A stretch of DNA of 64,000 bases from Sedimentisphaeraceae bacterium JB056 (lineage in GTDB: Bacteria; Planctomycetota; Phycisphaerae; Sedimentisphaerales; Sedimentisphaeraceae), in contig JBITAJ010000008.1 of the NCBI GenBank assembly GCA_044440125.1, positions 1 through 64,000 of the forward strand, read 5' to 3'. Made by a program: the position numbers and the translations under genes. This document shows positions 50,711-61,263 of this stretch, piece after piece. The notes beneath the pieces were generated by a model. That model was given only the letters and a program-made list of their open reading frames with translations. It did not search any database and was not told the DNA's origin. How positions within the stretch are numbered: the stretch's first letter is position 1; each line of letters begins with the position of its first letter.

Positions 50711-50989
50711 CTTGCTAATTAAATCGGTAAAAGCTCAAAAATACATAAGATTTTACGAGACAGTTTTGCTAAGTATAATTATTGCTCGCATTAGAGCAGG
50801 TTTAGCGGTATTATACAATGGTGTTGAAAACTGTCAAGTTGAGTTATGTGGGTCATGGGTATATTTAGTCTAATTTTTTCTGGTATTTTGGCATGCGATG
50901 GATTATAATTCGTGTCAGTTAAATTTCTATTATAGTGTACTTAAGAAGGATGTATAAGTTTAGTATTTTAAGGTTTTTAGGTCAGTTTC

Positions 50990-53008
50990 ATGAGTGAGAG
51001 CGGGTTGCTAAATATACTACTTATAGAGGATAATCCCGGAGATGCAAAGCTGATACAGTATTCATTCAGCAAGTCGCGTTACTCTGAGGATTTTGAGGTC
51101 AAGCATTCAAAAGACCTTGCAGATGGAGTAAATCAGCTCAATAACAACCGGTTCGATCTGGTGCTTACGGATCTTGGTCTTCCTGACAGTGTAGGACTTG
51201 ACACGCTTAAATCCGTTTCTGTCGCTGCCGAAAACATACCAATAATCGTCCTTACCGGGTTGAATGATGAGGAGCTTGGTGTCGAAATGATCAAAAATGG
51301 TGCTGCTGACTATGTAGTCAAAGGCCCTGATGTCATGCACTCATTGCCGCAGATAGCCAGATATGCTATAGAAAGAAGCCGTGCTGAAACAAGAATTCTG
51401 CGAGAAACCGCAAAATTGTCAGCTATTTTCCTCGGTATTGGTGAAGGAATTGCCTATATAGATTCAGACGATAATGTTATTGAGGCCAATAAAGCAATTA
51501 CTGGTTTTTTAGGTTTTGTAAGAAACCAGATAATAGGCAAGAATATCAAGGACCTTGGTACAATTTCCAAGCGTCTCCAAAAGCGAATAGCTGAACTTAA
51601 AAAGTCGCCAGAACACACAATGAAAGCCTACACTGAAAAACTCAGTGAAGATATGATTGTTGAAATAAGACTTAGTTCTGTATGGCAAAACGATCTCTAT
51701 ACGGGTACTATAATAACAATCATGGATGTTTCTGAACTGGTATCTGCAAAAGAGCAGGCAGAAAATGCCAATAAAGCTAAAAGTGAATTTCTGGCTAATA
51801 TGAGTCATGAAATCCGTACGCCAATGAATGCGATTATTGGAATCTCCAATACTCTTCTGAAGTATGATACAGATAACCTGCTCGAAAAACAGATTGAAGG
51901 CGTCAAAATTATAAACGAAAGTGGTCAACGCCTGTTGCTGCTTATAAATGACATTCTTGATCTCTCAAAAATTGAATCCGGTAAGCTTGATATTAATCTT
52001 GAAGTATTGCCGCCACAAAGTCTTGTAGAATCGCTCAGAAGTGTCGCTACCGCCATGAGTCACGACAAAGGCATTCAGTTTATATTAGAAATAGATGATG
52101 AATCTTTACCCTTGATGGTAGCCTCTGACAAACAGAAAGTAAGTCAGGTATTATTGAATTTGGTTGGGAATGCAATAAAATTCACAGAAAAAGGGTTTGT
52201 AAAATTAGCCTTATCGGCCAAAAAGGATATGCTTTGTTTTGAAGTAGTTGATACCGGCGTTGGTATAAAAGGCGAGGATCTGGCAACTATCTTTGATGAA
52301 TTCAAACAAATTGACAGCTCTATGACTAAGCAATACGCTGGGACCGGTCTTGGCCTTGCTATATGCAGGAAGCTAATTGAGATGCTTGGCGGTCATATCA
52401 GTGTAGAGAGCGAATGTGGTGTAGGAACTACATTTTCATTTGTTTTGCCGATAAACACTGAATTTGTAAAGGAAAATAAACCGAAGACAACAATTTCCAG
52501 TACGCAGCAAAAAATCCTGAATCAAACAGGCAGCATCAAAAGACCTGACTTGCAGAATAAGCCCAAGCCTATTGGTTCTTCGGCAAATATTAAAAAAGCT
52601 CAATCAATCAAAGACGAAACAGAGTTCAAAGCTCAATCGCATAAATCTCTGGTTCTTATTGCGGAAGATAATAAGTTCGGCCGAATGACAATGAAGATGA
52701 TGCTCGAGAAAGATTACAATCTGACTTTTGCTGAAGACGGTAAGCAAGCAGTTGAAAGATACATAAACGATAAACCGGATATTATCTTGATGGATATCAT
52801 GATGCCTGTCATGGATGGTGTTGAGGCAATGCACAAAATATCTGAATGCAATGGCGGCAAACTTCCAATACCGGTTATTGCCGTAACTGCGAAAGCAATG
52901 AAGGGTGACAAAGAGTCACTGATAAATGAGGGATTCAGCGCATATGTGTCAAAGCCTATTGACAGAGTTGAACTTTCAGAACTAATACAGATGCATTTGA
53001 AAAATTAA
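50990..53008 (+). CDS. Cytoplasmic hybrid histidine kinase (REC-PAS-HisKA-HATPase-REC)
   Basis: N-terminal REC (IEDN, DLGLPD), PAS-like segment, H-box [12 protein letters not shown] boxes, C-terminal REC (AEDN, MDIMMP); no TM helix. Confidence 0.93.
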   Translation: MSESGLLNILLIEDNPGDAKLIQYSFSKSRYSEDFEVKHSKDLADGVNQLNNNRFDLVLTDLGLPDSVGLDTLKSVSVAAENIPIIVLTGLNDEELGVEMIKNGAADYVVKGPDVMHSLPQIARYAIERSRAETRILRETAKLSAIFLGIGEGIAYIDSDDNVIEANKAITGFLGFVRNQIIGKNIKDLGTISKRLQKRIAELKKSPEHTMKAYTEKLSEDMIVEIRLSSVWQNDLYTGTIITIMDVSELVSAKEQAENANKAKSEFLANMSHEIRTPMNAIIGISNTLLKYDTDNLLEKQIEGVKIINESGQRLLLLINDILDLSKIESGKLDINLEVLPPQSLVESLRSVATAMSHDKGIQFILEIDDESLPLMVASDKQKVSQVLLNLVGNAIKFTEKGFVKLALSAKKDMLCFEVVDTGVGIKGEDLATIFDEFKQIDSSMTKQYAGTGLGLAICRKLIEMLGGHISVESECGVGTTFSFVLPINTEFVKENKPKTTISSTQQKILNQTGSIKRPDLQNKPKPIGSSANIKKAQSIKDETEFKAQSHKSLVLIAEDNKFGRMTMKMMLEKDYNLTFAEDGKQAVERYINDKPDIILMDIMMPVMDGVEAMHKISECNGGKLPIPVIAVTAKAMKGDKESLINEGFSAYVSKPIDRVELSELIQMHLKN

Positions 53009-53009
53009 T

Positions 53010-53411
53010 ATGATATTGCGAATAACATACTTTACAACTACTGCCGCAATTCTCTCAACTATAATACTTATAGTTCTTACACATATCCCCGAGAATCATA
53101 TTTCATATTATGTAAAATCTCATGACAAGCAGTTGCATTATACGGCCTACCTTATGGTATCATTTCTGTATGGCATATCTTTTTCACAAAGAGGCTGGAG
53201 AGGTCTGCTGGGATTAATACTGGTAACTCTGGCAATGTGTGCGTTAGGTGCAGTTGATGAGTACAGCCAGCAGTACTTTGACCGCAGGACTGACATCAAA
53301 GACTATTACGCCGACCTATGGGGTATATTTACAGGGGTATCAATTGCAACATCACTATGGTTGGTAAAAACAATTTCAAATTTTAGAGTAAAGATCAATA
53401 TATCGAGATAG
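53010..53411 (+). CDS. VanZ-family membrane protein
   Basis: DKQLHYTAY, GAVDEYSQ, RRTDIKDYYAD; 4 TM helices. Confidence 0.85.
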   Translation: MILRITYFTTTAAILSTIILIVLTHIPENHISYYVKSHDKQLHYTAYLMVSFLYGISFSQRGWRGLLGLILVTLAMCALGAVDEYSQQYFDRRTDIKDYYADLWGIFTGVSIATSLWLVKTISNFRVKINISR

Positions 53412-56400
53412 GTGTTTCACCAAATGAAGTCTAATAGTACAAACAGATTATTTTCAGTGCTTTACAAGCAGACTTTAGATCAGTATGCTGATTTTCTCGC
53501 TCTGTGTGATAATGAAAAGAGTTTGACGTATATTGATCTGGACAGAATTTCCGGCAATATTGCATGCTATCTGAAAAAACAAAATATAAAAGAAAACGAT
53601 ATCGTTGCAATCTATTCAGACAGAAGCATTGAATTTATCGCATCTGTTCTTGCGATTTTCAGACTTGGTGCTGCTTACGTTACAATCGACACCAGTTATC
53701 CGCAAAGCAGAGTCAATTTCATTATTGAAGACAGTAAGGCTAAGGTTGTTCTTAAAGCTCCAGACGCGGGGGCTTTATCCTTTAATGATGCTGAAGTTCT
53801 TGAAATTCATATAGATGAGTTGAATTCTGAATACGAGCAGTTTGATTCACTTGAAAAGCCTCAGAATCTCGCCTATCTGATCTATACCAGTGGTTCTACA
53901 GGTACACCAAAAGGCGCTATGGTCAGATATGATAATTTCCTGAATACAATTTGCTGGCAAAAAGATTTCTACTCTATAGTACCAGATGACAGAACTTCAT
54001 GGATTGCAAGGCCCGCATTTGACGCTTCTCTTTTTGAAATATGGGCATATCTGATCTCAGGTGCTTCTATCGCGATTCCAGACAAAGAATTACTTTACGA
54101 ACCTCCACGATTACTTGATTGGATTAATCAAAAACAACTGACAATATGCTTTATGCCAACTCCACTTGCAGAGAGCTGTCTTGAAATTGAGTGGCCGCGG
54201 GAAATTAGCTTACGATACCTTTTCTGTGGCGGAGATGCACTTCGAAAATATCCTGACCCATCAATGAAATTTAAGATGTACGATCATTATGGGCCGAGCG
54301 AATGCGCTATTGTAACTAGTATTGCGGAGATCAAGCCGCTTAAGGAAGGAGAGTCGTTGCCTCTTTATTCTAATATTGGTTTTCCTATATCAGGCAATAA
54401 AATGCACGTAATGACTGATAATATGGAAGAGGCTGAATCTGGAGAGATAGGCGAAATATGTATAACCGGCAAGGGGGTCGGAAGCGGGTATCTCAATAAT
54501 AAAGAACTTACTGCTGAAAAGTTCATTGAGAATCCGTTTTCCAGTGACAAAAATTCACGAATGTATCGTAGTGGTGATCTTGGAAAGCTCCTTGAAGATG
54601 GTACTATTGAGTTCCACGGCAGGATAGACAGGCAAGTCAAAATCAGGGGACACAGAATAGAGCTTGGTGAGATAGAAAACCAATTGCTTTCCCATGCTCT
54701 TGTAAAAGATGCAGCTGTAGTTGCTTCAGAAGGAGGGTCAACACAGAAAAAGATAGTAGCCTTTATTGTTTCTGAAAGCGGAGAATCTGCTGATCTTGCA
54801 ACAGAAGCCAAAAGGTACCTCTCTGACAAGATAGCTGCATATATGATGCCCACTCAGATCATAGAGACTGAACAATTGCCTATGAGCATAAACGGTAAAA
54901 TTGACCGACTTGCTCTTTCAAAAATGGCTACGACAGGACAAACGGAAGCACCCCAAATGCTTCCTAAGAAAGCTACCAATGAAACTGAAGAAGAAATATT
55001 AAATATCTTCAAAGAAGTAATTGCCTGCAACATCAACATTGGGCCGGATGATAATTTCTTTGATATGGGAGGCGATTCGCTGAAAGCAGGCAAGGCTGTT
55101 GCGTATATTCGTAAACAGTTTAATATTGAATTTTCTGTTCTGACTTTTTTCAGCAACCCAACTGCAGCAGAAACCGCAAATATAATAAGATCGGCTTCAA
55201 AGAACAAAAGTGACATCATTGCCATAGATGATATTGAAAGAGACGATGATATCGCTGTCAGCCAGGGACAGATGCACATGCTCCTGCTGAATGACATGTC
55301 GGATGATAATTCTGTTTGCAATATTGTAACGGTTATGGATATCGATGGTTTTGTTGACAATACAACACTTGAAAATGCGATAAATCAATTAATCGATCGT
55401 CAGCAAATGCTGCGAAGCAGGTTTGTGCTTTCTGATACCGGTTATAATTTAGTGATAGAGGATGAGCTTCAGTGCCAGTTGGATTATCAAGATATTATCC
55501 GTGTAAGAGCAGAAAATAAGCCGGATCGGATTGAGAAGATAATAAAAAAATATTCTCATACCAATTTTGATATGCATGAAGCTCCTCTATGTCGATTTGT
55601 ACTTATTCGCATAGAAGATACTCATTTCAAGCTTGTCTCTGTTTTTCATCACGCTATTGGTGATGGATGGTCTATGGGAGTATATGTAAAAGAACTGCTC
55701 TGCATATATGAATCTCTTGCGAAGGGGACTAAGCTTAAGCTTGAGCCTTTACAGGCACAGTATCCCGAATATATAAAATGGTTTAGAGAGTGGCTAAATT
55801 GCCCTGAGGCAAAAACACAGCTTGAGTATTGGCAGAAACAGCTTGCTGATGGCAACTTTGCATTAGACCTTAACAACGCGAATCCTCGCACGGATACCTT
55901 GACATTTAATGGTTCAAGAGAATACTTCAGCTTGCCGGAAGATGTAACTGTAAAACTGGAAGAAATATGCCATAAATATGGTGTTACAATGTATATGGTT
56001 CTTTCTATTGTCTATGCTCTTACGCTTAGATTTTTCAGTGGACAGGATAAGTTTATAATAGGCTCTCCTGTTGCAAACAGAATAATCCCTGAGATAGAAA
56101 ACATAATTGGTTTGTTTATAAATTCAGTTGCCGTTAAATTTGATTTTGGAGGAAAATTCAAATTTACAGATATACTTGCTGAAACCAAGAAAACGGCACT
56201 TGAAGCTTTCGAGAACCAAAATATACCGTTTGAGATGGTCGTAGACAAAGTTAAGCCAGCCAGAGACTCATCACGTCATCCAATTTATCAACACTTGTTT
56301 ATTTATCAGAACGCCCATGTCTCCTCAGGTTATATGAATGGTTTGAAGATACGTTTTGATGAGATAGGAAGCGACAGTGCCAAGCTTGATCTTACGCTTG

Positions 56401-59400
56401 ATGCAATGAAAAGAAATGATATCATCGAATATTACTTCGAATACAATACCGATATTTTCAGTAAAGATTCAATAAAACAGTTTGCGGACAAATTCTTTGA
56501 ATTTGCAAGCCAAATAGCAGAGAACCCTCTCTTTGAAATTGAGTCCAAAGAGGCTGGAATTGAAATTACGTCAAAAATTGCTAAACAGGAAAAAGAAGTT
56601 GAAATATCTGGCGAACTGATCATTCAAGAAAATGATGGTCTTTTAAGTGATGAGTCTGTTGCAGAAGTTTTAACCGAAGATCAGTGTGAAGCTGCAGTTG
56701 AAAATGAAATAGTAGATGACGATGCCTACGTAAAAAAAATGAGTTTTTGGGTTACTCATCTTGAAAATTCAGAGGAACCGCTAATACTTAAAAACGCAAA
56801 ACCTCGTCCGCAAAAAAATAATTCCAATATTTCCGTATTCGAATACAGTTTTCCTGATGAAATATATTCAAGAATAAAAAGCATGTCTGATTCTGATAAT
56901 TGTTCATCATGGGATATAATACTTGGAGCTTACGTTGCCTTAATGTATGAATATAGCGGGCAAAAAAATATTGTGATTGGTGCTGATATACCTAATAAAA
57001 CCTGCAATGAAAATATCAGCAGTGATATAGGGAATAATGTTGCATTGCATTTTAAAATAGATTCTCAAATGAGCTTGGCTGACATACTCGAGCAATCGAA
57101 GGATCTTTCATCGCAAGCGAAAAAAAATCAATTGCCATTTGATATGATTGTCAAAAAACTGATTTCAAATCCTCATGAATCTTACCATCCAATTTTTCAG
57201 TACATGCTGGTTTGCGAAGACCCAAAAAGCAGCCGTGAATATAGTTCCAAGCTTGACCTGTTAACCCGGATAAGCCAAACAGAAGACAGTTTTAAAATCG
57301 CGTTTAACTATAATTCTGATATCTTCACAGAAGAAGCAATAGAACTTATGGCCGAGCATTTTGCTGATTTGCTTGATTTGTTTACTGTAGATTCACAAAG
57401 AACTTTTGACCAACTACCTGTATTTGAGCCGCAAATCTGCTATATTCCGACTCTTACACCTCCTGATGATACAGAGTTTGATTCTGTTGTCGACCGGTTC
57501 CTTGAACAAGCTTCGGATACTCCGGGGAATCTGGCTCTTAAAGATACGCATAAAAGTCTTGATTATAGCCAGCTTGAACATGTGACAAATTTGCTTGCGA
57601 TTGAATTAAACGCGAAAAATGTCAGAGGCAGCTATGTCGGTATTCATTGTGGCAGAAGTCTTGATTTTGTAGTATGCGCTTTAGCCGTTCTCAGAGCTGG
57701 AGCCGGGTATGTTACGCTTGATACTGATTATCCAACTCAGCGTCTTGATTTTATGATAGAGGACGCAGATATTAAAATAGTGCTAAAGACTTCAGAAGTC
57801 AAATCTTCTATCTCTGCCAGAATTGACATTATAAATATTGATATCAATCTCCTTCTTCAACAGCCCAAAGCAGAGCCTGTATTCGTCGGAATCTCAGGGG
57901 AAAGTCCTGCTTATGCTATCTATACATCGGGCTCAACAGGAAAGCCAAAAGGTGTTGAAATACAACATAAAAATCTGATTCATCTTATAAATTGGCAACT
58001 TAATTATTACGATATTACCCCCAACGATAGGGCGAGTCATTTAGCAAGACCAAGTTTTGATACATCTGTCTCTGAGATATGGCCATACCTTGCTTCTGGT
58101 GCTGCGGTTATAATTCCAGATGAAGACATCATACTTAACCCTCCCCGTCTCATCGAATGGATAGATCAAAACAGTATCACAATATCGGACATGACTACTC
58201 CGCTTGCCGAAATAGTAATATCAGAACAATGGTCAGATCAAACTTCTCTACGAATACTTAAAACAGGCGGCGACAGGCTTCATAAGAGGCCACCAAAGAA
58301 TCTTCCATTTGAGTTTATAAACGAGTACGGTCCTACTGAGTGTACCGTAATAACGACTGCAGGTATTGTTGAGTCTGAAAGTCAAGATAAGTCTGCACCG
58401 GATATTGGATGCCCAATCGATGGAGCATCAGTTTATATTCTTAATGAAGAGCTTGAACCAGTAGATGAAGGACAGGAAGGCGAGATTTTCATTGGCGGTG
58501 ACGGAGTTGCTAAGGGATACATAAACAGACAGGAACTTACGAAAGAAAAGTTCTTGCCAGACCCATTTGCGGAAAAATGCGGAGCTAAAATGTATCGAAG
58601 CGGTGATCTTGGCCGTTTTCTGCCGGATGGTAATATTGAATTTATCGGCCGGTCTGACTTCCAGGTTCAGATTCGCGGTTTCAGAGTCGAGCTTGGTGAA
58701 ATTGAAAATGCGATCATTTCCTCTGGAAAAGTTCGTGAGGCTGCTGTTGTTGCATTGGAACAATCAGGTAACACGGTAATTAAAGCGTATATTGTATCTG
58801 AATCACCAGATGGTCAGGTTCCCTCTGGATTACTTTCTTATCTCAAACAGAACCTTCCTGACTACATGGTGCCATCGTCTTTCTTTCTGCTTGGTCAGTT
58901 ACCGCTGACAGCTAACGGCAAAGTTGACCGCAATGCTTTGCGATATTTTGACTGCAACAATGAGAATTTTCAACAATCTCAGAAAACACAGAAGGCTTCA
59001 CCTCGTAATCATATAGAACAGGTTTTGCATGACATATGGAAAGAACTTCTGGAAAAGGACGATATCGGAATCTATGATGACTTCTTTGATATTGGCGGTC
59101 ACTCACTGTTAATAATTCGAATGGCCGGAATGCTTGAGAAGCACGGCTTCAAACTTCGTGTTACAAAAATATTCGAGTATTCCAAGATTGCCACCCTTGC
59201 AAGTTACCTCAAGTTCGGTGACTCAAATAATAGCGGAACCTCACATGAAGAATTAGTTGTATTACGCAAAGGTGAAAATAATCGCTTGCCGCTATTCTTT
59301 ATTCATACAGTGGAAGGAGATATGCTCTTCTACTCCAACCTTATCGGTTACATGGATAAATCGCAGCCTTGTTATGGAATACTTGACAGAGGCATATTTG

Positions 59401-60047
59401 ATGCTGATAAGAAGATAAAAACCATTGAGGAAATGGCCAAACATTACACTGACCTCATTATTCAACGACAACCGCAAGGACCATACATGCTTGTTGGTTA
59501 TTGTTTTGCAGGATTCATAGCTTATGAGATAGCAAGAAATCTCAAGTCAATGGGCAAAAAAGTCAAATTGCTTGGTGTTATAGAAACTCCTGTATGCAAT
59601 GTGCCGTTAAACTATCTGCCATACTATGTTCAAAGATTTAAGCATATAATTAAGTTTTTACCTGTAAAAATCAAAGAATTAATCAATAGAGAGGCTAAGC
59701 TGATAGATGAGTATGAAATAGATGATGGATTTATATTTGATGTGTGGGAAGGTGTTTCCAATGACAACAAATGGCTTGAAAATATGAGGCGTACACATAA
59801 GAGCAATATGGAATCGACCGAGACATATATGTTTAAACCATATGACGATGAAATTGCTTTGTATATTGCTAATAAACGCAAGATGTGGCGTTCGAAAGGT
59901 AAAGACCTTGGCTGGGCCTCATTAACAAAGAAAGTTGACATAGTGGAGGTAGAGAGCCTTCACAAAGATATTTCAATGCCGCCTCATATTGAGACCATTG
60001 CAACCGACATAAAAGCGAGGATAGATGTCATCACACAAGGACTTTAG
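53412..60047 (+). CDS. Bimodular non-ribosomal peptide synthetase A-T-C-(partial C)-A-T-TE (start may be ATG 53424)
   Basis: Two A domains (YTSGSTGxPKG, YGPxE, YRSGDL, NGKxDR), two T domains (GGDSL, GGHSL), C domain HHAIGDG, TE GYCFAG. Confidence 0.95.
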   Translation: MFHQMKSNSTNRLFSVLYKQTLDQYADFLALCDNEKSLTYIDLDRISGNIACYLKKQNIKENDIVAIYSDRSIEFIASVLAIFRLGAAYVTIDTSYPQSRVNFIIEDSKAKVVLKAPDAGALSFNDAEVLEIHIDELNSEYEQFDSLEKPQNLAYLIYTSGSTGTPKGAMVRYDNFLNTICWQKDFYSIVPDDRTSWIARPAFDASLFEIWAYLISGASIAIPDKELLYEPPRLLDWINQKQLTICFMPTPLAESCLEIEWPREISLRYLFCGGDALRKYPDPSMKFKMYDHYGPSECAIVTSIAEIKPLKEGESLPLYSNIGFPISGNKMHVMTDNMEEAESGEIGEICITGKGVGSGYLNNKELTAEKFIENPFSSDKNSRMYRSGDLGKLLEDGTIEFHGRIDRQVKIRGHRIELGEIENQLLSHALVKDAAVVASEGGSTQKKIVAFIVSESGESADLATEAKRYLSDKIAAYMMPTQIIETEQLPMSINGKIDRLALSKMATTGQTEAPQMLPKKATNETEEEILNIFKEVIACNINIGPDDNFFDMGGDSLKAGKAVAYIRKQFNIEFSVLTFFSNPTAAETANIIRSASKNKSDIIAIDDIERDDDIAVSQGQMHMLLLNDMSDDNSVCNIVTVMDIDGFVDNTTLENAINQLIDRQQMLRSRFVLSDTGYNLVIEDELQCQLDYQDIIRVRAENKPDRIEKIIKKYSHTNFDMHEAPLCRFVLIRIEDTHFKLVSVFHHAIGDGWSMGVYVKELLCIYESLAKGTKLKLEPLQAQYPEYIKWFREWLNCPEAKTQLEYWQKQLADGNFALDLNNANPRTDTLTFNGSREYFSLPEDVTVKLEEICHKYGVTMYMVLSIVYALTLRFFSGQDKFIIGSPVANRIIPEIENIIGLFINSVAVKFDFGGKFKFTDILAETKKTALEAFENQNIPFEMVVDKVKPARDSSRHPIYQHLFIYQNAHVSSGYMNGLKIRFDEIGSDSAKLDLTLDAMKRNDIIEYYFEYNTDIFSKDSIKQFADKFFEFASQIAENPLFEIESKEAGIEITSKIAKQEKEVEISGELIIQENDGLLSDESVAEVLTEDQCEAAVENEIVDDDAYVKKMSFWVTHLENSEEPLILKNAKPRPQKNNSNISVFEYSFPDEIYSRIKSMSDSDNCSSWDIILGAYVALMYEYSGQKNIVIGADIPNKTCNENISSDIGNNVALHFKIDSQMSLADILEQSKDLSSQAKKNQLPFDMIVKKLISNPHESYHPIFQYMLVCEDPKSSREYSSKLDLLTRISQTEDSFKIAFNYNSDIFTEEAIELMAEHFADLLDLFTVDSQRTFDQLPVFEPQICYIPTLTPPDDTEFDSVVDRFLEQASDTPGNLALKDTHKSLDYSQLEHVTNLLAIELNAKNVRGSYVGIHCGRSLDFVVCALAVLRAGAGYVTLDTDYPTQRLDFMIEDADIKIVLKTSEVKSSISARIDIINIDINLLLQQPKAEPVFVGISGESPAYAIYTSGSTGKPKGVEIQHKNLIHLINWQLNYYDITPNDRASHLARPSFDTSVSEIWPYLASGAAVIIPDEDIILNPPRLIEWIDQNSITISDMTTPLAEIVISEQWSDQTSLRILKTGGDRLHKRPPKNLPFEFINEYGPTECTVITTAGIVESESQDKSAPDIGCPIDGASVYILNEELEPVDEGQEGEIFIGGDGVAKGYINRQELTKEKFLPDPFAEKCGAKMYRSGDLGRFLPDGNIEFIGRSDFQVQIRGFRVELGEIENAIISSGKVREAAVVALEQSGNTVIKAYIVSESPDGQVPSGLLSYLKQNLPDYMVPSSFFLLGQLPLTANGKVDRNALRYFDCNNENFQQSQKTQKASPRNHIEQVLHDIWKELLEKDDIGIYDDFFDIGGHSLLIIRMAGMLEKHGFKLRVTKIFEYSKIATLASYLKFGDSNNSGTSHEELVVLRKGENNRLPLFFIHTVEGDMLFYSNLIGYMDKSQPCYGILDRGIFDADKKIKTIEEMAKHYTDLIIQRQPQGPYMLVGYCFAGFIAYEIARNLKSMGKKVKLLGVIETPVCNVPLNYLPYYVQRFKHIIKFLPVKIKELINREAKLIDEYEIDDGFIFDVWEGVSNDNKWLENMRRTHKSNMESTETYMFKPYDDEIALYIANKRKMWRSKGKDLGWASLTKKVDIVEVESLHKDISMPPHIETIATDIKARIDVITQGL

Positions 60048-60699
60048 CATTCTTTTGGCTGATAGACTTAGAAGTATACTTCCAGACGGTATTATTTCGG
60101 ATGTATGTCCTGTTGATAATTATGGTTATTTGTTGTCCGGAACCGAATTGAAACAAAGCAAAAATTATAAACTGAAAAGGTTATCACAGTTTTCTACAGG
60201 AAGATATCTTACCAAAAAGGTTCTCTCTGTCTTAGACGTTGAATCGGACTCTATCTCAAAATTATCTTCCGGGGCTCCAGAATGGCCGCAAGGTATAGTT
60301 GGATCGATTTCTCACACTGACAGCTACTGTCTTTGTGCCATGGCTAATCAGCCGACAGTACGTTCTTTAGGAATTGATCTCGAAAGAACAGGGCAGCTTA
60401 GCTTTGAGGATGCACACCTGTTTATGTCTGATAATGAGTTAAATGAAATAAAATCAGCAAATAATCCCTCGATTATGCTGACTGTGGCCTTTAGTATTCG
60501 TGAGTCTGTTTACAAATGTCTTAATCCTATATACAATAAGTGGATAGATTATACTGATGCAAAAGTTGAATTTCACAAATATTCAGACGCAAACAAGCTT
60601 GATGTAACCGTAAAGGGTTACGAAAATCTCGCATTACTTAAGTGCCGTTTTGCTATAATTGATGATATGGTGATTACTTCAGCAGTCATGCTCAAATAA
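60025..60699 (+). CDS. 4'-phosphopantetheinyl transferase (EntD-like)
   Basis: GAPEWPQGIVGSISHT, GIDLE, FSIRESVYKC; overlaps the NRPS stop. Confidence 0.9.
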   Translation: MSSHKDFSILLADRLRSILPDGIISDVCPVDNYGYLLSGTELKQSKNYKLKRLSQFSTGRYLTKKVLSVLDVESDSISKLSSGAPEWPQGIVGSISHTDSYCLCAMANQPTVRSLGIDLERTGQLSFEDAHLFMSDNELNEIKSANNPSIMLTVAFSIRESVYKCLNPIYNKWIDYTDAKVEFHKYSDANKLDVTVKGYENLALLKCRFAIIDDMVITSAVMLK

Positions 60700-60809
60700 A
60701 CCGCAGTCCGTATTGCGATTTTGGACTTGCAATACTATGCAAAGATAGTCATAATATATCAATAGAGTATGTTAATTCTTAAATTGCACATTAGATAGGA
60801 AATAATGAA

Positions 60810-61238
60810 ATGATTATATTGTTTGTCTGCAATGCTAACGCAAGCAGAAGCCAGATTGCAGAAGCATGGTTTAATATTTTAACAGCCGAAAATGATAAGT
60901 TTTGCGCATGTTCAGCTGGTATAAAGCCCACCGAAAAAATAACCGGAAAAACTTTAGCGGTAATGAACGAAGTAGGTATCGATATATCTGATAATTTCCC
61001 CAAAGCCGTTGACTATTTCGGAGATACAGAATTCAACTATGTTGTAACTTTAAGTGATGAAGCAAAAGAAAATCTTCCAGAACTTCCTGGTAAGCCAATG
61101 CTGATTCATACACCTGTTGATGACCCATTTGAAGTTATCGGCACTGAAGATGAAATGTTAGAAACATACAGGGAAAGTAGAGATTCAATAAGAATACTCG
61201 TAGAGTCTCTTATTGCACAACTGAGCATGGGAAAATAA
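60810..61238 (+). CDS. LMW-PTP/ArsC-fold protein
   Basis: P-loop CNANASRSQ (CX5R), SAG, DDP; resolving cysteines of Trx-type ArsC absent. Confidence 0.8.
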   Translation: MIILFVCNANASRSQIAEAWFNILTAENDKFCACSAGIKPTEKITGKTLAVMNEVGIDISDNFPKAVDYFGDTEFNYVVTLSDEAKENLPELPGKPMLIHTPVDDPFEVIGTEDEMLETYRESRDSIRILVESLIAQLSMGK

Positions 61239-61263
61239 TCTATAATTTGTTTTGAAGATATAA

